Below, one piece after another: positions 28,449 through 38,431 of a DNA stretch of 64,000 bases (the first letter of the stretch is position 1; every line of letters begins with the position of its first letter). A model generated the notes under the pieces. The model worked only from the letters and a program-made list of their open reading frames with translations. It was not told the DNA's origin and ran no database searches. This DNA is from an uncultured Candidatus Poseidoniales archaeon (GTDB taxonomy: Archaea > Thermoplasmatota > Poseidoniia > Poseidoniales > Poseidoniaceae), in the NCBI GenBank assembly GCA_902563095.1, contig CACEWA010000001.1, positions 24,540-88,539 on the forward strand, given 5' to 3'. The position numbers and the translations under genes are program-made.

Positions 28449-30374
28449 ATGGCCTGGCGTAATTCTACTCGCTGGCTCGCCCATCTCGAGAAGCAGGGTG
28501 AGCTACTGCGCATATCAGAGCCCGTAGATGTAGAATTAGAGGCTGGTGCAATCGCAGACAGGCTTGTGAAGAACAACGGGCCAGCCGTTCTTTTTGAGAA
28601 ACCAAGACTACCTAACGGAGAAATTAGCGAAATACCTCTTGCAATGAATCTGTTTGGCTCTCACGATAGAACACTTAGAGCGCTGGGTGCTTCCCATCCG
28701 ACCGAAGTAGGAGACAGACTTGTTGCACTGATGAAACCCGACATTGGTGGAATCATGAAAAAGCCGTGGACCGGGATTCCATTACTCAGAGATGCGATGT
28801 CGCTTCCACCTAAGAAAGTAAGAAAGGGCTCTTGTCAGAGAGTAAAAATGGAACTCGATGTTACGCAATTACCGATCCCCAAAACATGGCCTATGGACGG
28901 TGGACGATACATCACATTACCTCTTGTAGTTACAAAGGACCCCAAGTCTGGAGAACATAATCTAGGAATGTACAGAGGTCAAATTTTTGGGCCAAAAGAA
29001 GTTGGTTTGCATTGGCAAATTCACAAACATGGCGCTGACCATGCTGCCGCATGGCCTGAAGGAAAAATGCCCGTCGCAATATGCATAGGCGGACCACCTG
29101 AATTGATTTTCTCGGCAATAGCACCTTTACCAGACAATTTGGAAGAATACATGTTCGCAGGATTGCTTGGTAAAAGACGCCTTAGAATCACCAAAGCTCT
29201 AACACAAGATTTGCTGGTTCCTGCAGATGCTGATATCGTAATCGAAGGATGGGTCGATGCAACTCAAACAAGAACTGAAGGCCCATTTGGAGACCACTTT
29301 GGTTTCTATTCTCTTACTGGCCAGTACCCTGTTCTCAACGTTACTGCAATTACTAGAAGGAAAGATGCAATACTACCTGCAACAATTGTAGGTCAACCCC
29401 CTATGGAAGATGGCTATCTTGGAGAAGCCATTGGAAAGCAGTTTAGACCAATTTTGTCCTTCCAACACAGAGATGTCTTGGATTTACACCTACCATTGGA
29501 AACTGGATTCCATAACTTGGCCATCGTCAAAAGTAAACAACGTTACCCAAGACAAGCTAGGAAAACATGTCTTGGATTGCTTGGTGCGGGACAAATGATG
29601 TTCTTGAAAATCCTAATCGCTACTGATGAAGACCCTAGTGACTTGGATGCCCTATTGGATGTCCTAAATGATAGAGTAGATCCTGAGAGTGATATCACAA
29701 TTATCGATGGGATGGTAAGTGATTCTCTAGAGCCAGCATCAACTTACGAAAATGTACATTCGAAAGTAATCATTGATGCCACAAAACTTGTTTCTTCAGA
29801 CCCTAGAAGTGGGAGGCCATTAGAAGGCTCCTCCGTAGAGGAAACTCCTGCTTGGAGAAGAGGCGAAGAAGAAGCTCCAGGAATTAGCGAATCTCTACTA
29901 AATGAAATCTCAGAACTCGAAGGCGTAGAAGATTGCCTACTCCTTAGAAATTCGATGCTTGTTGTTACCGTTGATATCGACGGAAAACCAGAGCCTAGAA
30001 CCGGAATGCAATGGCCAAATGAGGAAGCAGCGAAGGCACAACGGGAGAAAATTTCTCAATTGCGAAATTCAATTTGGCAATTAGACTCCAAAAATGAATT
30101 GAGATGGTTATTTGTTACTGATAATGACATGAACCTTCACGGTGAAGGGGCGATGAGAAGATTGCTTTGGCAACTAACTTCACGCTTCGCTGTTGAGCGT
30201 GATTTCATCGTGGAGAACGGCCGTATATTCTGGGATGCAACGACACCAATTCCTTCGCTCGAAGGACCCTCTCCTGTTCGAAGATGGCCCGCAATTACAA
30301 TGCATGATCCTGAAACTTTAGATGCGATTGAAAGGTTCGATTTACCACCTTGGCCGGAAAACTTGGTGATGTGA
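28449..30374 (+). CDS. UbiD-family decarboxylase, menaquinone (MqnL-like) subfamily
   Basis: GPAVLFEKP, PIPKTWPMDGGRYIT, NLGMYR...GLHWQIHKHG, EGPFGDH.GFY; coupled to a UbiA gene. Confidence 0.88.
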   Translation: MAWRNSTRWLAHLEKQGELLRISEPVDVELEAGAIADRLVKNNGPAVLFEKPRLPNGEISEIPLAMNLFGSHDRTLRALGASHPTEVGDRLVALMKPDIGGIMKKPWTGIPLLRDAMSLPPKKVRKGSCQRVKMELDVTQLPIPKTWPMDGGRYITLPLVVTKDPKSGEHNLGMYRGQIFGPKEVGLHWQIHKHGADHAAAWPEGKMPVAICIGGPPELIFSAIAPLPDNLEEYMFAGLLGKRRLRITKALTQDLLVPADADIVIEGWVDATQTRTEGPFGDHFGFYSLTGQYPVLNVTAITRRKDAILPATIVGQPPMEDGYLGEAIGKQFRPILSFQHRDVLDLHLPLETGFHNLAIVKSKQRYPRQARKTCLGLLGAGQMMFLKILIATDEDPSDLDALLDVLNDRVDPESDITIIDGMVSDSLEPASTYENVHSKVIIDATKLVSSDPRSGRPLEGSSVEETPAWRRGEEEAPGISESLLNEISELEGVEDCLLLRNSMLVVTVDIDGKPEPRTGMQWPNEEAAKAQREKISQLRNSIWQLDSKNELRWLFVTDNDMNLHGEGAMRRLLWQLTSRFAVERDFIVENGRIFWDATTPIPSLEGPSPVRRWPAITMHDPETLDAIERFDLPPWPENLVM

Positions 30375-31181
30375 ATGGACTTGAAGCAAATAGCATCCTT
30401 CGTCAAAATTGAACATACACTGTTTAGTTTACCATTCGTTTTCATTGGAGCATTGATGGCGGGCGAACCAACTAATTCAGAATTCTTCTGGATATTGATT
30501 GCCGCAATTGGTGCCAGAGGCCTGGCGATGGGGTTGAACAGAATAATCGATAGAGATATCGATGCTGAAAATCCGCGAACTGCAAACAGGCATCTTGCTT
30601 CGGGAAGCATGTCGATTCAAACCGCATGGATCCTTTGTGGAATTTTCTTGATAATGCTTGTCGGCGGAGCTGCCATGCTCAATCCATTGTGCTTGTATCT
30701 CTCACCAATACCTGTAGTTGCATTCGTTGTATACCCTTACCTCAAGAGATTCACATGGATGTGCCATTGGTGGCTAGGTGGTTGCTTAGCACTAGCCCCT
30801 GCGGGCGCCTGGGTAGCAATTACTGGAGAAATTTCTTCCAACTCATGGTATCCCGACCTATTGATTGTCTCGCTTGGAGTAATGATTTGGATTGCAGCAT
30901 TCGACTTAGGATATGCACAAATGGATATTGAAAGTGACAAAAAAACCGGAGTGAAATCATTCCCTGCTAGATTCCAACCCCCTACAACAATGGCTGTAAT
31001 GTTGCTATCCATTCCGATTTGGGCTGCCGCTTTTTCTGTAGTATCGCCAATAGGCTCTCTAGTTTCTGTAGTACTGGTTGTCAGTGTGCTGGTTGCTGCG
31101 GGCTCACAGTTCCAGAATTGGTGGTTTAGGGCTCACGTATCCACAGGATGGATTCTACTTGCTGTAATGCAACTTTCATAG
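30375..31181 (+). CDS. UbiA-family aromatic prenyltransferase (MqnP-like)
   Basis: FVKIEHTLFSLPF, MGLNRIIDRDIDAENPRTANR, YPYLKR, FDLGYAQMD. Confidence 0.88.
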   Translation: MDLKQIASFVKIEHTLFSLPFVFIGALMAGEPTNSEFFWILIAAIGARGLAMGLNRIIDRDIDAENPRTANRHLASGSMSIQTAWILCGIFLIMLVGGAAMLNPLCLYLSPIPVVAFVVYPYLKRFTWMCHWWLGGCLALAPAGAWVAITGEISSNSWYPDLLIVSLGVMIWIAAFDLGYAQMDIESDKKTGVKSFPARFQPPTTMAVMLLSIPIWAAAFSVVSPIGSLVSVVLVVSVLVAAGSQFQNWWFRAHVSTGWILLAVMQLS

Positions 31182-31204
31182 AGTGGCAAGACCCCCGTAG
31201 AGTT

Positions 31205-31582
31205 ATGAATCCAATAGTGAAGTCCTTACTAGAATTCAATGATGCATTCGAAATTCCAAAATTAGACCAACCAGGACTCGGGCCTGATGAGTTGATTGAA
31301 TTAAGAATCAAACTACTAACTGAAGAAGTGCAAGAATATGCTGAAGCCGCTAGAGCAGGAGATTTGGTAGAAGTTCTTGATGCGCTTGCAGATATTGGAT
31401 ACATCTTGGCTGGAACTATCATCAACCATGGAATGCAAGACATCTATGATGATGCATTCAATGAAGTTCATCGCTCCAATATGGCGAAATTAGTTGATGG
31501 AAAGGTCCTACGTAGAGAGGATGGGAAGGTGCTCAAACCAGATGGTTGGCAACCTCCACAACTCGCACAATTCCTCCAGTGA
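31205..31582 (+). CDS. MazG-like / PRA-PH-family nucleotide pyrophosphohydrolase
   Basis: LRIKLLTEEVQEY, EVLDALADIGY, EVHRSNMAK, REDGKVLKP. Confidence 0.85.
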   Translation: MNPIVKSLLEFNDAFEIPKLDQPGLGPDELIELRIKLLTEEVQEYAEAARAGDLVEVLDALADIGYILAGTIINHGMQDIYDDAFNEVHRSNMAKLVDGKVLRREDGKVLKPDGWQPPQLAQFLQ

Positions 31583-31611
31583 GTTATTGAGTATCTCCTC
31601 GTGGGGAGTTC

Positions 31612-32337
31612 ATGCGCACCGCATTGGTGACCGGAGGCGGCAGAGGAATTGGCGCTGCGATCTGCAAAAAACTAGCTAGCGATGGCTACAGAGTTTTGTT
31701 GACTTACTGCAACTCTTCCAAACCTGCAGAGATGGTCGTAGACGACATTCGCAATTCAGGAGTTGACGCTGTTGCTGCTAACTGCGATGTTACAGACGCA
31801 AGAGAAGTTGCTCTTCTAGCAACACACCCATGGGTTACCGAAGGAGTCGATGTCCTAGTTCTAAATCATGGAAGATACGATAGAATCGATGCAAAAGAAT
31901 TGGATCTTAACCACTTACGTCGAACTATGTCTACAAACTTTGAAGGAGCATTCCTAGTCTGGGATGCGGTAAAACCTCGTCTTTCTGAAGAGGCCAGGAT
32001 TTGTGTAATTGGAAGCCAGTTAGGAACAAGAGGGTCGCCACATGGTGCAGATTATTCGGCATCCAAAGCGGCCTTATCCATTTGGGCACGCTCTCTGGCT
32101 CAATCTCTAGCACCAGAAGGAAAACGAGTGAATGTTATTGCCCCCGGATTTGTAGACACTGATATTTTAGCAGGAGATAGTCCTGAGAAGAGAACCAGTA
32201 GGGAACAAGAAGTTCCTCTAAAAAGAATCGGAACACCTGAAGATATTGCTGGAGTCGTGTCGTTTTTGGTAGGCGAGAATTCTTCCTACATTACCGGTGC
32301 AGTAATTCATGTGAATGGTGGATTGTACCTACCATAG
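31612..32337 (+). CDS. Short-chain dehydrogenase/reductase (FabG-like)
   Basis: TGGGRGIG, YSASK catalytic motif, VNVIAPGFVDT. Confidence 0.92.
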   Translation: MRTALVTGGGRGIGAAICKKLASDGYRVLLTYCNSSKPAEMVVDDIRNSGVDAVAANCDVTDAREVALLATHPWVTEGVDVLVLNHGRYDRIDAKELDLNHLRRTMSTNFEGAFLVWDAVKPRLSEEARICVIGSQLGTRGSPHGADYSASKAALSIWARSLAQSLAPEGKRVNVIAPGFVDTDILAGDSPEKRTSREQEVPLKRIGTPEDIAGVVSFLVGENSSYITGAVIHVNGGLYLP

Positions 32338-32348
32338 GATGTGAGTAA

Positions 32349-34634
32349 ATGAGTGACCCCTTCGACATCTCGAAGGCCCTTGAGGGGGCAGTGAAAGACA
32401 AACTTTCGCCAGAAGTTTCTCGCTTCAAAATTCATTCCGAACACAGCACTGCCGGCGACCAAGAAAAAGCAATTGAAAAATTAATTTCTCAATTGGAAAA
32501 TAAACAAGAAAGGTGTGTGCTTTTAGGAGTTACTGGCTCGGGAAAAACCTTCGCAATGGCCAACATCATTGAGAGGTTGAACATCCCCACATTGATCATC
32601 AGCCACAACAAAACTCTAGCACGCCAACTCTATCAAGAGATGGCTGGATTATTCCCCGAGAATGGCATAGAATATTTCGTATCTCACTATGATTACTATC
32701 AACCTGAAGCATACCTACCGAAGAGAGATTTGTATATCGACAAAGAGTTGTCAATCAATGAAAGAATTGAGCAGGAAAGATTTGCAACCGTCGCAAGTCT
32801 AGTCAGCAGACCAGACTGTGTGGTAGTTTCATCAGTGTCATGTATATACGGTCTTAACGCCCCAGAAACATTCCTATCCTACCATTGTAGAATTCATGTA
32901 GACCAAGTTATTGAGCCAATTGACCTAGTCCGGGAATTGGTAGCATTACAATATGAAAGGACAAGCACTGATTTGGAAAGAGGACAGGTACGCCTTAGAG
33001 GAGAAAACCTCGATGTTTGGATGCCGAGTCGTGACGACCCGCTTAGAATTAGATTTGGATTCGAGGGAGTTGAACACATTCAGATTTGTGACCCAGTTTC
33101 TTGGGAAATTCTCGATGAATTAGAGGAAGCATGGATTCATCCAAAAGAATTCTTCATGGTCTCTCCAGAAAGATTTGAAGAAGCTCTCGAGAATATTGAA
33201 ATGGAATTGGATGGCAGATTTGCAGAATTAAAAAGCGAAGGTAAGGAAGTTGAAGCACATAGGCTCCAACAGAGAACTCAATACGACTTAGAAATGTTAA
33301 GAGAAGTCGGCCATTGTACCGCTGTTGAAAATTATTCGATGCATTTTGATGGCAGAAAGCATGGCGAACGTCCGTATTGTCTGCTTGATTTCTTTGCCGC
33401 TGCTGCAAAACAATTCCATGGTGATGCGAATAAGTTCCTTGTCATAATGGATGAATCTCACGTGACTCTACCTCAAGTTGGAGGTATGTATGGAGGAGAC
33501 AGAAGTCGAAAATTGAATTTGATTGAACACGGATTTAGATTACCTTCGGCTGCAGATAATCGGCCGTTGAAATTGAAAGAATTCCAAAGTTTAGTCCCTC
33601 AAATGTTGTACGTTAGCGCCACACCTGGTGAAAGAGAACTACTACATTTGTGTGAAGTGACTGGACAAGATGTCCCAATTGGCCTCAGGCATACCTCAGG
33701 AGGCGGCGGAGTTGAAGAACCTGAATATGCAAAGAAACATCCTGATTCTGAAAGTATGTATGACATGTTACAGATGATTGAACATATCCCCCGCATGGAG
33801 ATTAGGCCGACCGGTTTGCTCGATCCTTCTATCGAAGTTCGAGGCACTGAAGGGCAGGTTGCTGACCTTCTTTCCGAGATCAATGCACGAATCGAAAAGG
33901 GAGAGAGAACCTTGGTTACCGTACTGACCATAAAATTCGCAGAAGAAGTGGCTCATTATCTCAACAAAATGGGAATTAAAGCGCATCATCTACATTCAGA
34001 AATTGACACGATTGAGAGAACAGAGATACTCAACGCCCTAAGAATCGGCCATATCGATGCAATCGTTGGAATCAACCTACTAAGAGAAGGTCTGGATATT
34101 CCTGAAGTTAGCCTAGTTGCAATTTTTGATGCAGACCGCCAAGGGTTCTTACGAAATGAAAGAAGTTTATTGCAGACGATTGGAAGAGCTGCTAGGAATT
34201 CCAATGGCAAGGTGATTTTGTATGCTGATTCGATGAGTCCAGCAATGACGGCGTCGATTCGACAAACTCTGGAAAGAAGAGATAGACAAATGGAACATAA
34301 CAAAAAATTCGGAATCACTCCTGCTACTATCAAGAAGGCGCTTCCACAAATGGGTAGTGACATCGACGAACTGATCGCTGGCACTTCCGGTGGCAAGAGA
34401 TTAGTCGGCTCTAAAGGTGGCCGAAAAGGCGGAGATTGGGCTAGCAATTTACGAGTTGGCGCCGGTCAATGGGCACGCTCTGATTCCGTTACTAGCAACA
34501 TTTCACAACCAATTGAAGAATTAAATTATTCAATTGAAGAATTAAAGAAGATGATGCAACAAGCTGCACTCGAATTAGACTTCGAAAGAGCGGCAATGTT
34601 AAGAGACAAAATTCACGAATTAGAATCCTCATGA
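32349..34634 (+). CDS. uvrB: Excinuclease ABC subunit B
   Basis: LGVTGSGKT, SHYDYYQPEAY, DESHVTLPQ, RPTGLLDP, GINLLREGLDIPEV, C-terminal UVR helix (LDFERAAMLRDKI). Confidence 0.97.
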   Translation: MSDPFDISKALEGAVKDKLSPEVSRFKIHSEHSTAGDQEKAIEKLISQLENKQERCVLLGVTGSGKTFAMANIIERLNIPTLIISHNKTLARQLYQEMAGLFPENGIEYFVSHYDYYQPEAYLPKRDLYIDKELSINERIEQERFATVASLVSRPDCVVVSSVSCIYGLNAPETFLSYHCRIHVDQVIEPIDLVRELVALQYERTSTDLERGQVRLRGENLDVWMPSRDDPLRIRFGFEGVEHIQICDPVSWEILDELEEAWIHPKEFFMVSPERFEEALENIEMELDGRFAELKSEGKEVEAHRLQQRTQYDLEMLREVGHCTAVENYSMHFDGRKHGERPYCLLDFFAAAAKQFHGDANKFLVIMDESHVTLPQVGGMYGGDRSRKLNLIEHGFRLPSAADNRPLKLKEFQSLVPQMLYVSATPGERELLHLCEVTGQDVPIGLRHTSGGGGVEEPEYAKKHPDSESMYDMLQMIEHIPRMEIRPTGLLDPSIEVRGTEGQVADLLSEINARIEKGERTLVTVLTIKFAEEVAHYLNKMGIKAHHLHSEIDTIERTEILNALRIGHIDAIVGINLLREGLDIPEVSLVAIFDADRQGFLRNERSLLQTIGRAARNSNGKVILYADSMSPAMTASIRQTLERRDRQMEHNKKFGITPATIKKALPQMGSDIDELIAGTSGGKRLVGSKGGRKGGDWASNLRVGAGQWARSDSVTSNISQPIEELNYSIEELKKMMQQAALELDFERAAMLRDKIHELESS

Positions 34635-34676
34635 CGCAGTCATGGGTTTCATATGTGAAAGCCTCGCGCACTGTCT

Positions 34677-35684
34677 ATGGCAATAGACCCCGAGTCATTT
34701 GACGAGCCGGTCAAAGACTACGATTTCGCATCCTTAGGAGATGCTTCTTCACTTATTGACCAGATGGCTACAGCCGGTGGTTTCACTGCAACAAAACTAG
34801 CCTATGCTAGAGAAATTCTCAAGGACATGAAAGCAGAGATCGATGAGGTAGAGGGAGACCCTAGCAAAGTCACAAACTGGCTCTCTTTTCCAGCATGCCT
34901 GTGTGCTACCGGCACTAGAGGATTTTTTGTTGAAGCAGTGAAGCGTAAAATGTTCAATGTAGTTTCTACAACTTGTGGAATGTTAGACCATGATATCGCT
35001 AGAGCATACAAGCACTACTACCACGGTGCTTTCGAATTAGATGATATTGAACTAGGTGAGCATGAGTTAATGCGTTTAGGAAATGTAATAGTTCCAAACG
35101 CTAGTTATGGCGAAATTATTGAATCAGTAGTTTTGCCTGTTCTTGAAGATATCAGAACCGACAGGATTGCAGAAACAGGAAAAGAAGGTGCTGATGCATG
35201 GGTCGGGTTCGGCTCCATCCACCTAGTATGGGAACTTGGAAAGCGAATCGGGACTCCTGATTCACTAATCTATTGGGCTTACAAGAATCAAATTCCTGTG
35301 TGCATCCCTGGAATCACTGACGGCAGTATTGGGGCGCAGTTATTCATGTTCAGGCAGAAATACCGTGATTTCCATATCGATACCCTTGCAGATGAACAAG
35401 TGATGAGCGATCTAACATGGGATGTGGAGAAATCCAACGCCCTCATGGTCGGAGGAGGAATATCCAAGCATCACGTTATTTGGTGGAATCAATACAGAGG
35501 AGGACTAGATTCTGCAATCTACATCACTACGGCTCCTGAACACGACGGTAGCCTTTCAGGTGCTCGTTTGAGAGAGGCAATCAGTTGGGGGAAGATGCGC
35601 CCAGAAGCGCCGAATGTTTGCGTCGAAGGCGATGCATCAGTCCTATTGCCACTTCTTGGCGCTGATATATTCAAGGGTGAGTGA
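34677..35684 (+). CDS. dys: Deoxyhypusine synthase
   Basis: GGFTA, PGITDGSIG, GGGISKHH, TAPEHDGSLSGARLREAISWGK. Confidence 0.95.
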   Translation: MAIDPESFDEPVKDYDFASLGDASSLIDQMATAGGFTATKLAYAREILKDMKAEIDEVEGDPSKVTNWLSFPACLCATGTRGFFVEAVKRKMFNVVSTTCGMLDHDIARAYKHYYHGAFELDDIELGEHELMRLGNVIVPNASYGEIIESVVLPVLEDIRTDRIAETGKEGADAWVGFGSIHLVWELGKRIGTPDSLIYWAYKNQIPVCIPGITDGSIGAQLFMFRQKYRDFHIDTLADEQVMSDLTWDVEKSNALMVGGGISKHHVIWWNQYRGGLDSAIYITTAPEHDGSLSGARLREAISWGKMRPEAPNVCVEGDASVLLPLLGADIFKGE

Positions 35685-37118
35685 ATGAGAACGATTTTCC
35701 TATCACTACTGATGGTCAGTGCATCTCTTGCCGGATGCTTTGGAGAGGAGGAATCCAAAACCACAGTTGTGGAAGAAACCGTTTGGGACTTTGAAAGGCC
35801 TGAACTTACTTGGTATCACTTTGCCGATGCGATTGATGCTTGGGGAAATAATGAGTATGAATTCAAAGACAGGAATATGCCATTTGTTGCTACTGGAACA
35901 TATTACGGAATAGGAATGTCAACCTTTGAGCCGACGATGGGAATCACTCAAACCGATACGATGGTGATGACATCATGGGGCAATGGCCCTGCAGGCTCAA
36001 CTGCGATTATTTCATGTGATTTGATTGGAATGTATGATGCTCTTTCATACACTTGTGAGAATACATATGACCCTTTAATTCCAGTTCCAAATTCTAACGA
36101 TCCGTATGTGTATGTAGATCCATGGACTGGCCGAATTATGAAATTCGACATGCATGCTCTTCTCGGAATGACTGTTGAATGGTCAGATAATGATGGAGAT
36201 TCATGGAGCCCGATTACTGTAGCTACAGATGTTCGCTCGGTTCAAGACCATCAAACGATTGCTAGTACAAATGCTCCAACTGCTTTACACCCCACAACTT
36301 GGATGTTCTGCATAAATGGAAATGCACCTCATCCATTATGCTCTGCTAGTTTTGATGGAGGCAATACATGGACTCCAGAATCTTCTGGCGCACCTATATC
36401 CTGTGGTTCAGGAGGCCTTACCGCTCATCTTGTTGGTAGTGTTGACGGGAATTTCTACCGAGGTAACACCGGTTGTTCTGGCGAAGGTTATTCGGTTTAC
36501 AGAACCACAAATGCTGGCCTTACTTGGACCGAACATGAACTACCAACTTCTGAATCTGGCACTGCTGATACTTGGAACGCTGAAGAGGCACAGGTCGAAG
36601 TCGATAGTGAAGGAAATGTACACGCTATGTGGATGGGGCTAGACAACATGCCTTACTGGTCTTACTCAAGAGACCAGGGTGACACATGGTCTAATGCCAC
36701 AATGATTGCACCACCAATCAATTTGTCAGGAACCGGATTCCCAGTTGTAGTAGCAGGCGATGTAGGAACTGTGGCATTCGGATATGTTGGTGAAACCGAA
36801 GGCGAAGATGAAATCTGGAATGCTTACCTAACGTATGCCACTGATGCGTTCAACGAGACACCATTGCTGACTACAGTACAGTTGAACGGAGATGATGACC
36901 CAATCGACACAGTCACAGATTGTGGATACAACCGATGTGGAGGCCTAGGTGACTTCTTAGACATCAGAGTAGATGCATACGGTAGAACTTGGTTCTCACT
37001 ATCTCACAACATCGCTGATATCGGCATATTCGCTACCTTCGATGTAGGACCAAGCCTACGAGGCGAGACAATATTCATGCTACCTGAGATGCCTGCTGGT
37101 GGCCCTCAGACTCTGTGA
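35685..37118 (+). CDS. Secreted lipoprotein with four Asp-box (BNR) repeats, sialidase-like beta-propeller
   Basis: LAGC lipobox; SDNDGDSW, SFDGGNTW, TTNAGLTW, SRDQGDTW. Confidence 0.8.
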   Translation: MRTIFLSLLMVSASLAGCFGEEESKTTVVEETVWDFERPELTWYHFADAIDAWGNNEYEFKDRNMPFVATGTYYGIGMSTFEPTMGITQTDTMVMTSWGNGPAGSTAIISCDLIGMYDALSYTCENTYDPLIPVPNSNDPYVYVDPWTGRIMKFDMHALLGMTVEWSDNDGDSWSPITVATDVRSVQDHQTIASTNAPTALHPTTWMFCINGNAPHPLCSASFDGGNTWTPESSGAPISCGSGGLTAHLVGSVDGNFYRGNTGCSGEGYSVYRTTNAGLTWTEHELPTSESGTADTWNAEEAQVEVDSEGNVHAMWMGLDNMPYWSYSRDQGDTWSNATMIAPPINLSGTGFPVVVAGDVGTVAFGYVGETEGEDEIWNAYLTYATDAFNETPLLTTVQLNGDDDPIDTVTDCGYNRCGGLGDFLDIRVDAYGRTWFSLSHNIADIGIFATFDVGPSLRGETIFMLPEMPAGGPQTL

Positions 37119-37137
37119 TTAGCACTAATTCGGCTAT

Positions 37138-38421
37138 TCACCACTGGCACGGTTCAAGATGGGTTTTTCCTCCCATCAACGGTACTAAGCAATCGGGAAT
37201 GCTTACTCGGCCATCCTCAAGTTGGTTTTGTTCCATGATTGCTACAAGAGCTCTGCTAGTTGCAACCGCTGTTGAATTTAATGTGTGAACGGCAGCGTTA
37301 CCTTCACTAGTCCTGTAACGCATTCGTAGCCTATTTGCTTGGTAATCTGTACAGTTTGAGCAAGAGACGATTTCCTTGAATGCATTAGCACCTGGAAGCC
37401 ATGCTTCCAAATCGTATTTCCTTGCAGCAACTGTTCCCATATCTCCTGTGCAGATGTTTACTACCTCGTAATGTAGTCCGAGTTCATCCCAAAGGTCGAC
37501 ACAATTCTGCAACAAATCTTCATGGTGGTCCCAAGATTCATCAGGATGAGAAATCACAATCTGCTCGATCTTTGTAAACTGGTGTACTCGCCAAATTCCA
37601 CGGTCTGAGAGACCGTGTGCACCCACTTCTCTACGGAAACAAGGGCTTACCCCTACCATCTTAATCGGGAGGAGACTTGGCTCGATTACTTCGTCCATGT
37701 ACATCGAGGTGAGAGGGTGTTCGCTGGTTGCAATCATGTATAGCGGGTCTGGAGTTATGCCATACATTACTGTCTCAAAGTCAGAAAGATCTGTTACTCC
37801 CTCATAGGCCTGACGATTCATCATTACCGGCGGTTGCACAAAAGTGAATCCACGGGATGCTAAGAAATCGACAGCATAGGTTTGAAGAGCTAACTCAAGG
37901 CGTGCTAAATCTCCTTTTAGGAAAAAGAAGCGACTGCCTGCAATCTTTGCAGCACGTTCTAAATCGACCCATTTGTTCATGTCGATTAATTCGTTGTGAG
38001 TTCTTGGCTCAAAATCGAATTCTGGCTTTGCTCCGTGTAGAGAATGCTGAGTGTTTCCAGATTCGTCATCACCTTTTGGTACAGCATCGTGGAGAAGGTT
38101 AGGGATTCGCATTCTGATGCGATCTCTTTCTTCGAGCAGAGAGTTTGCCTTCTCATCTAAAGCAGCGATTCTATCGCCCAAATCTTTGACTTGGGCCATG
38201 ATTTTGTCCGCTTCTTCTTTGTTGCCGCTCTTCTTTGCATCTGCGATTCCTCGCGCTGCTAGATTACGTTCCCTTCGACCCTCTTCCATTTCTTTCAGAG
38301 CGCCTCTCCATTGTTCATCTAAATCGATTACTTGGTCGATTCGGTCATGGGGTATTCCACGCTTATCGTGATCTGCACGGACCTTATCCACTTCATTTCG
38401 AAATAAATCCATACTCAACAC
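37138..38421 (-). CDS. serS: Serine--tRNA ligase (bacterial/standard type)
   Basis: IATSEHPL, CFRREVG, RVHQFTKIE, KYDLEAW, EIVSCSNCTDYQ, HTLNSTA; start GTG 38421 or ATG 38412. Confidence 0.97.
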   Translation of the reverse strand: MLSMDLFRNEVDKVRADHDKRGIPHDRIDQVIDLDEQWRGALKEMEEGRRERNLAARGIADAKKSGNKEEADKIMAQVKDLGDRIAALDEKANSLLEERDRIRMRIPNLLHDAVPKGDDESGNTQHSLHGAKPEFDFEPRTHNELIDMNKWVDLERAAKIAGSRFFFLKGDLARLELALQTYAVDFLASRGFTFVQPPVMMNRQAYEGVTDLSDFETVMYGITPDPLYMIATSEHPLTSMYMDEVIEPSLLPIKMVGVSPCFRREVGAHGLSDRGIWRVHQFTKIEQIVISHPDESWDHHEDLLQNCVDLWDELGLHYEVVNICTGDMGTVAARKYDLEAWLPGANAFKEIVSCSNCTDYQANRLRMRYRTSEGNAAVHTLNSTAVATSRALVAIMEQNQLEDGRVSIPDCLVPLMGGKTHLEPCQW

Positions 38422-38431
38422 GAAAATCACC

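Noticed and set aside
28449-30374. UbiD as the anhydromevalonate-phosphate decarboxylase of the archaeal mevalonate pathway
   Set aside because: The HWQIHKHG motif, extended C-terminus and direct coupling to an MqnP-like UbiA favour menaquinone synthesis; phylogeny is needed to exclude it fully
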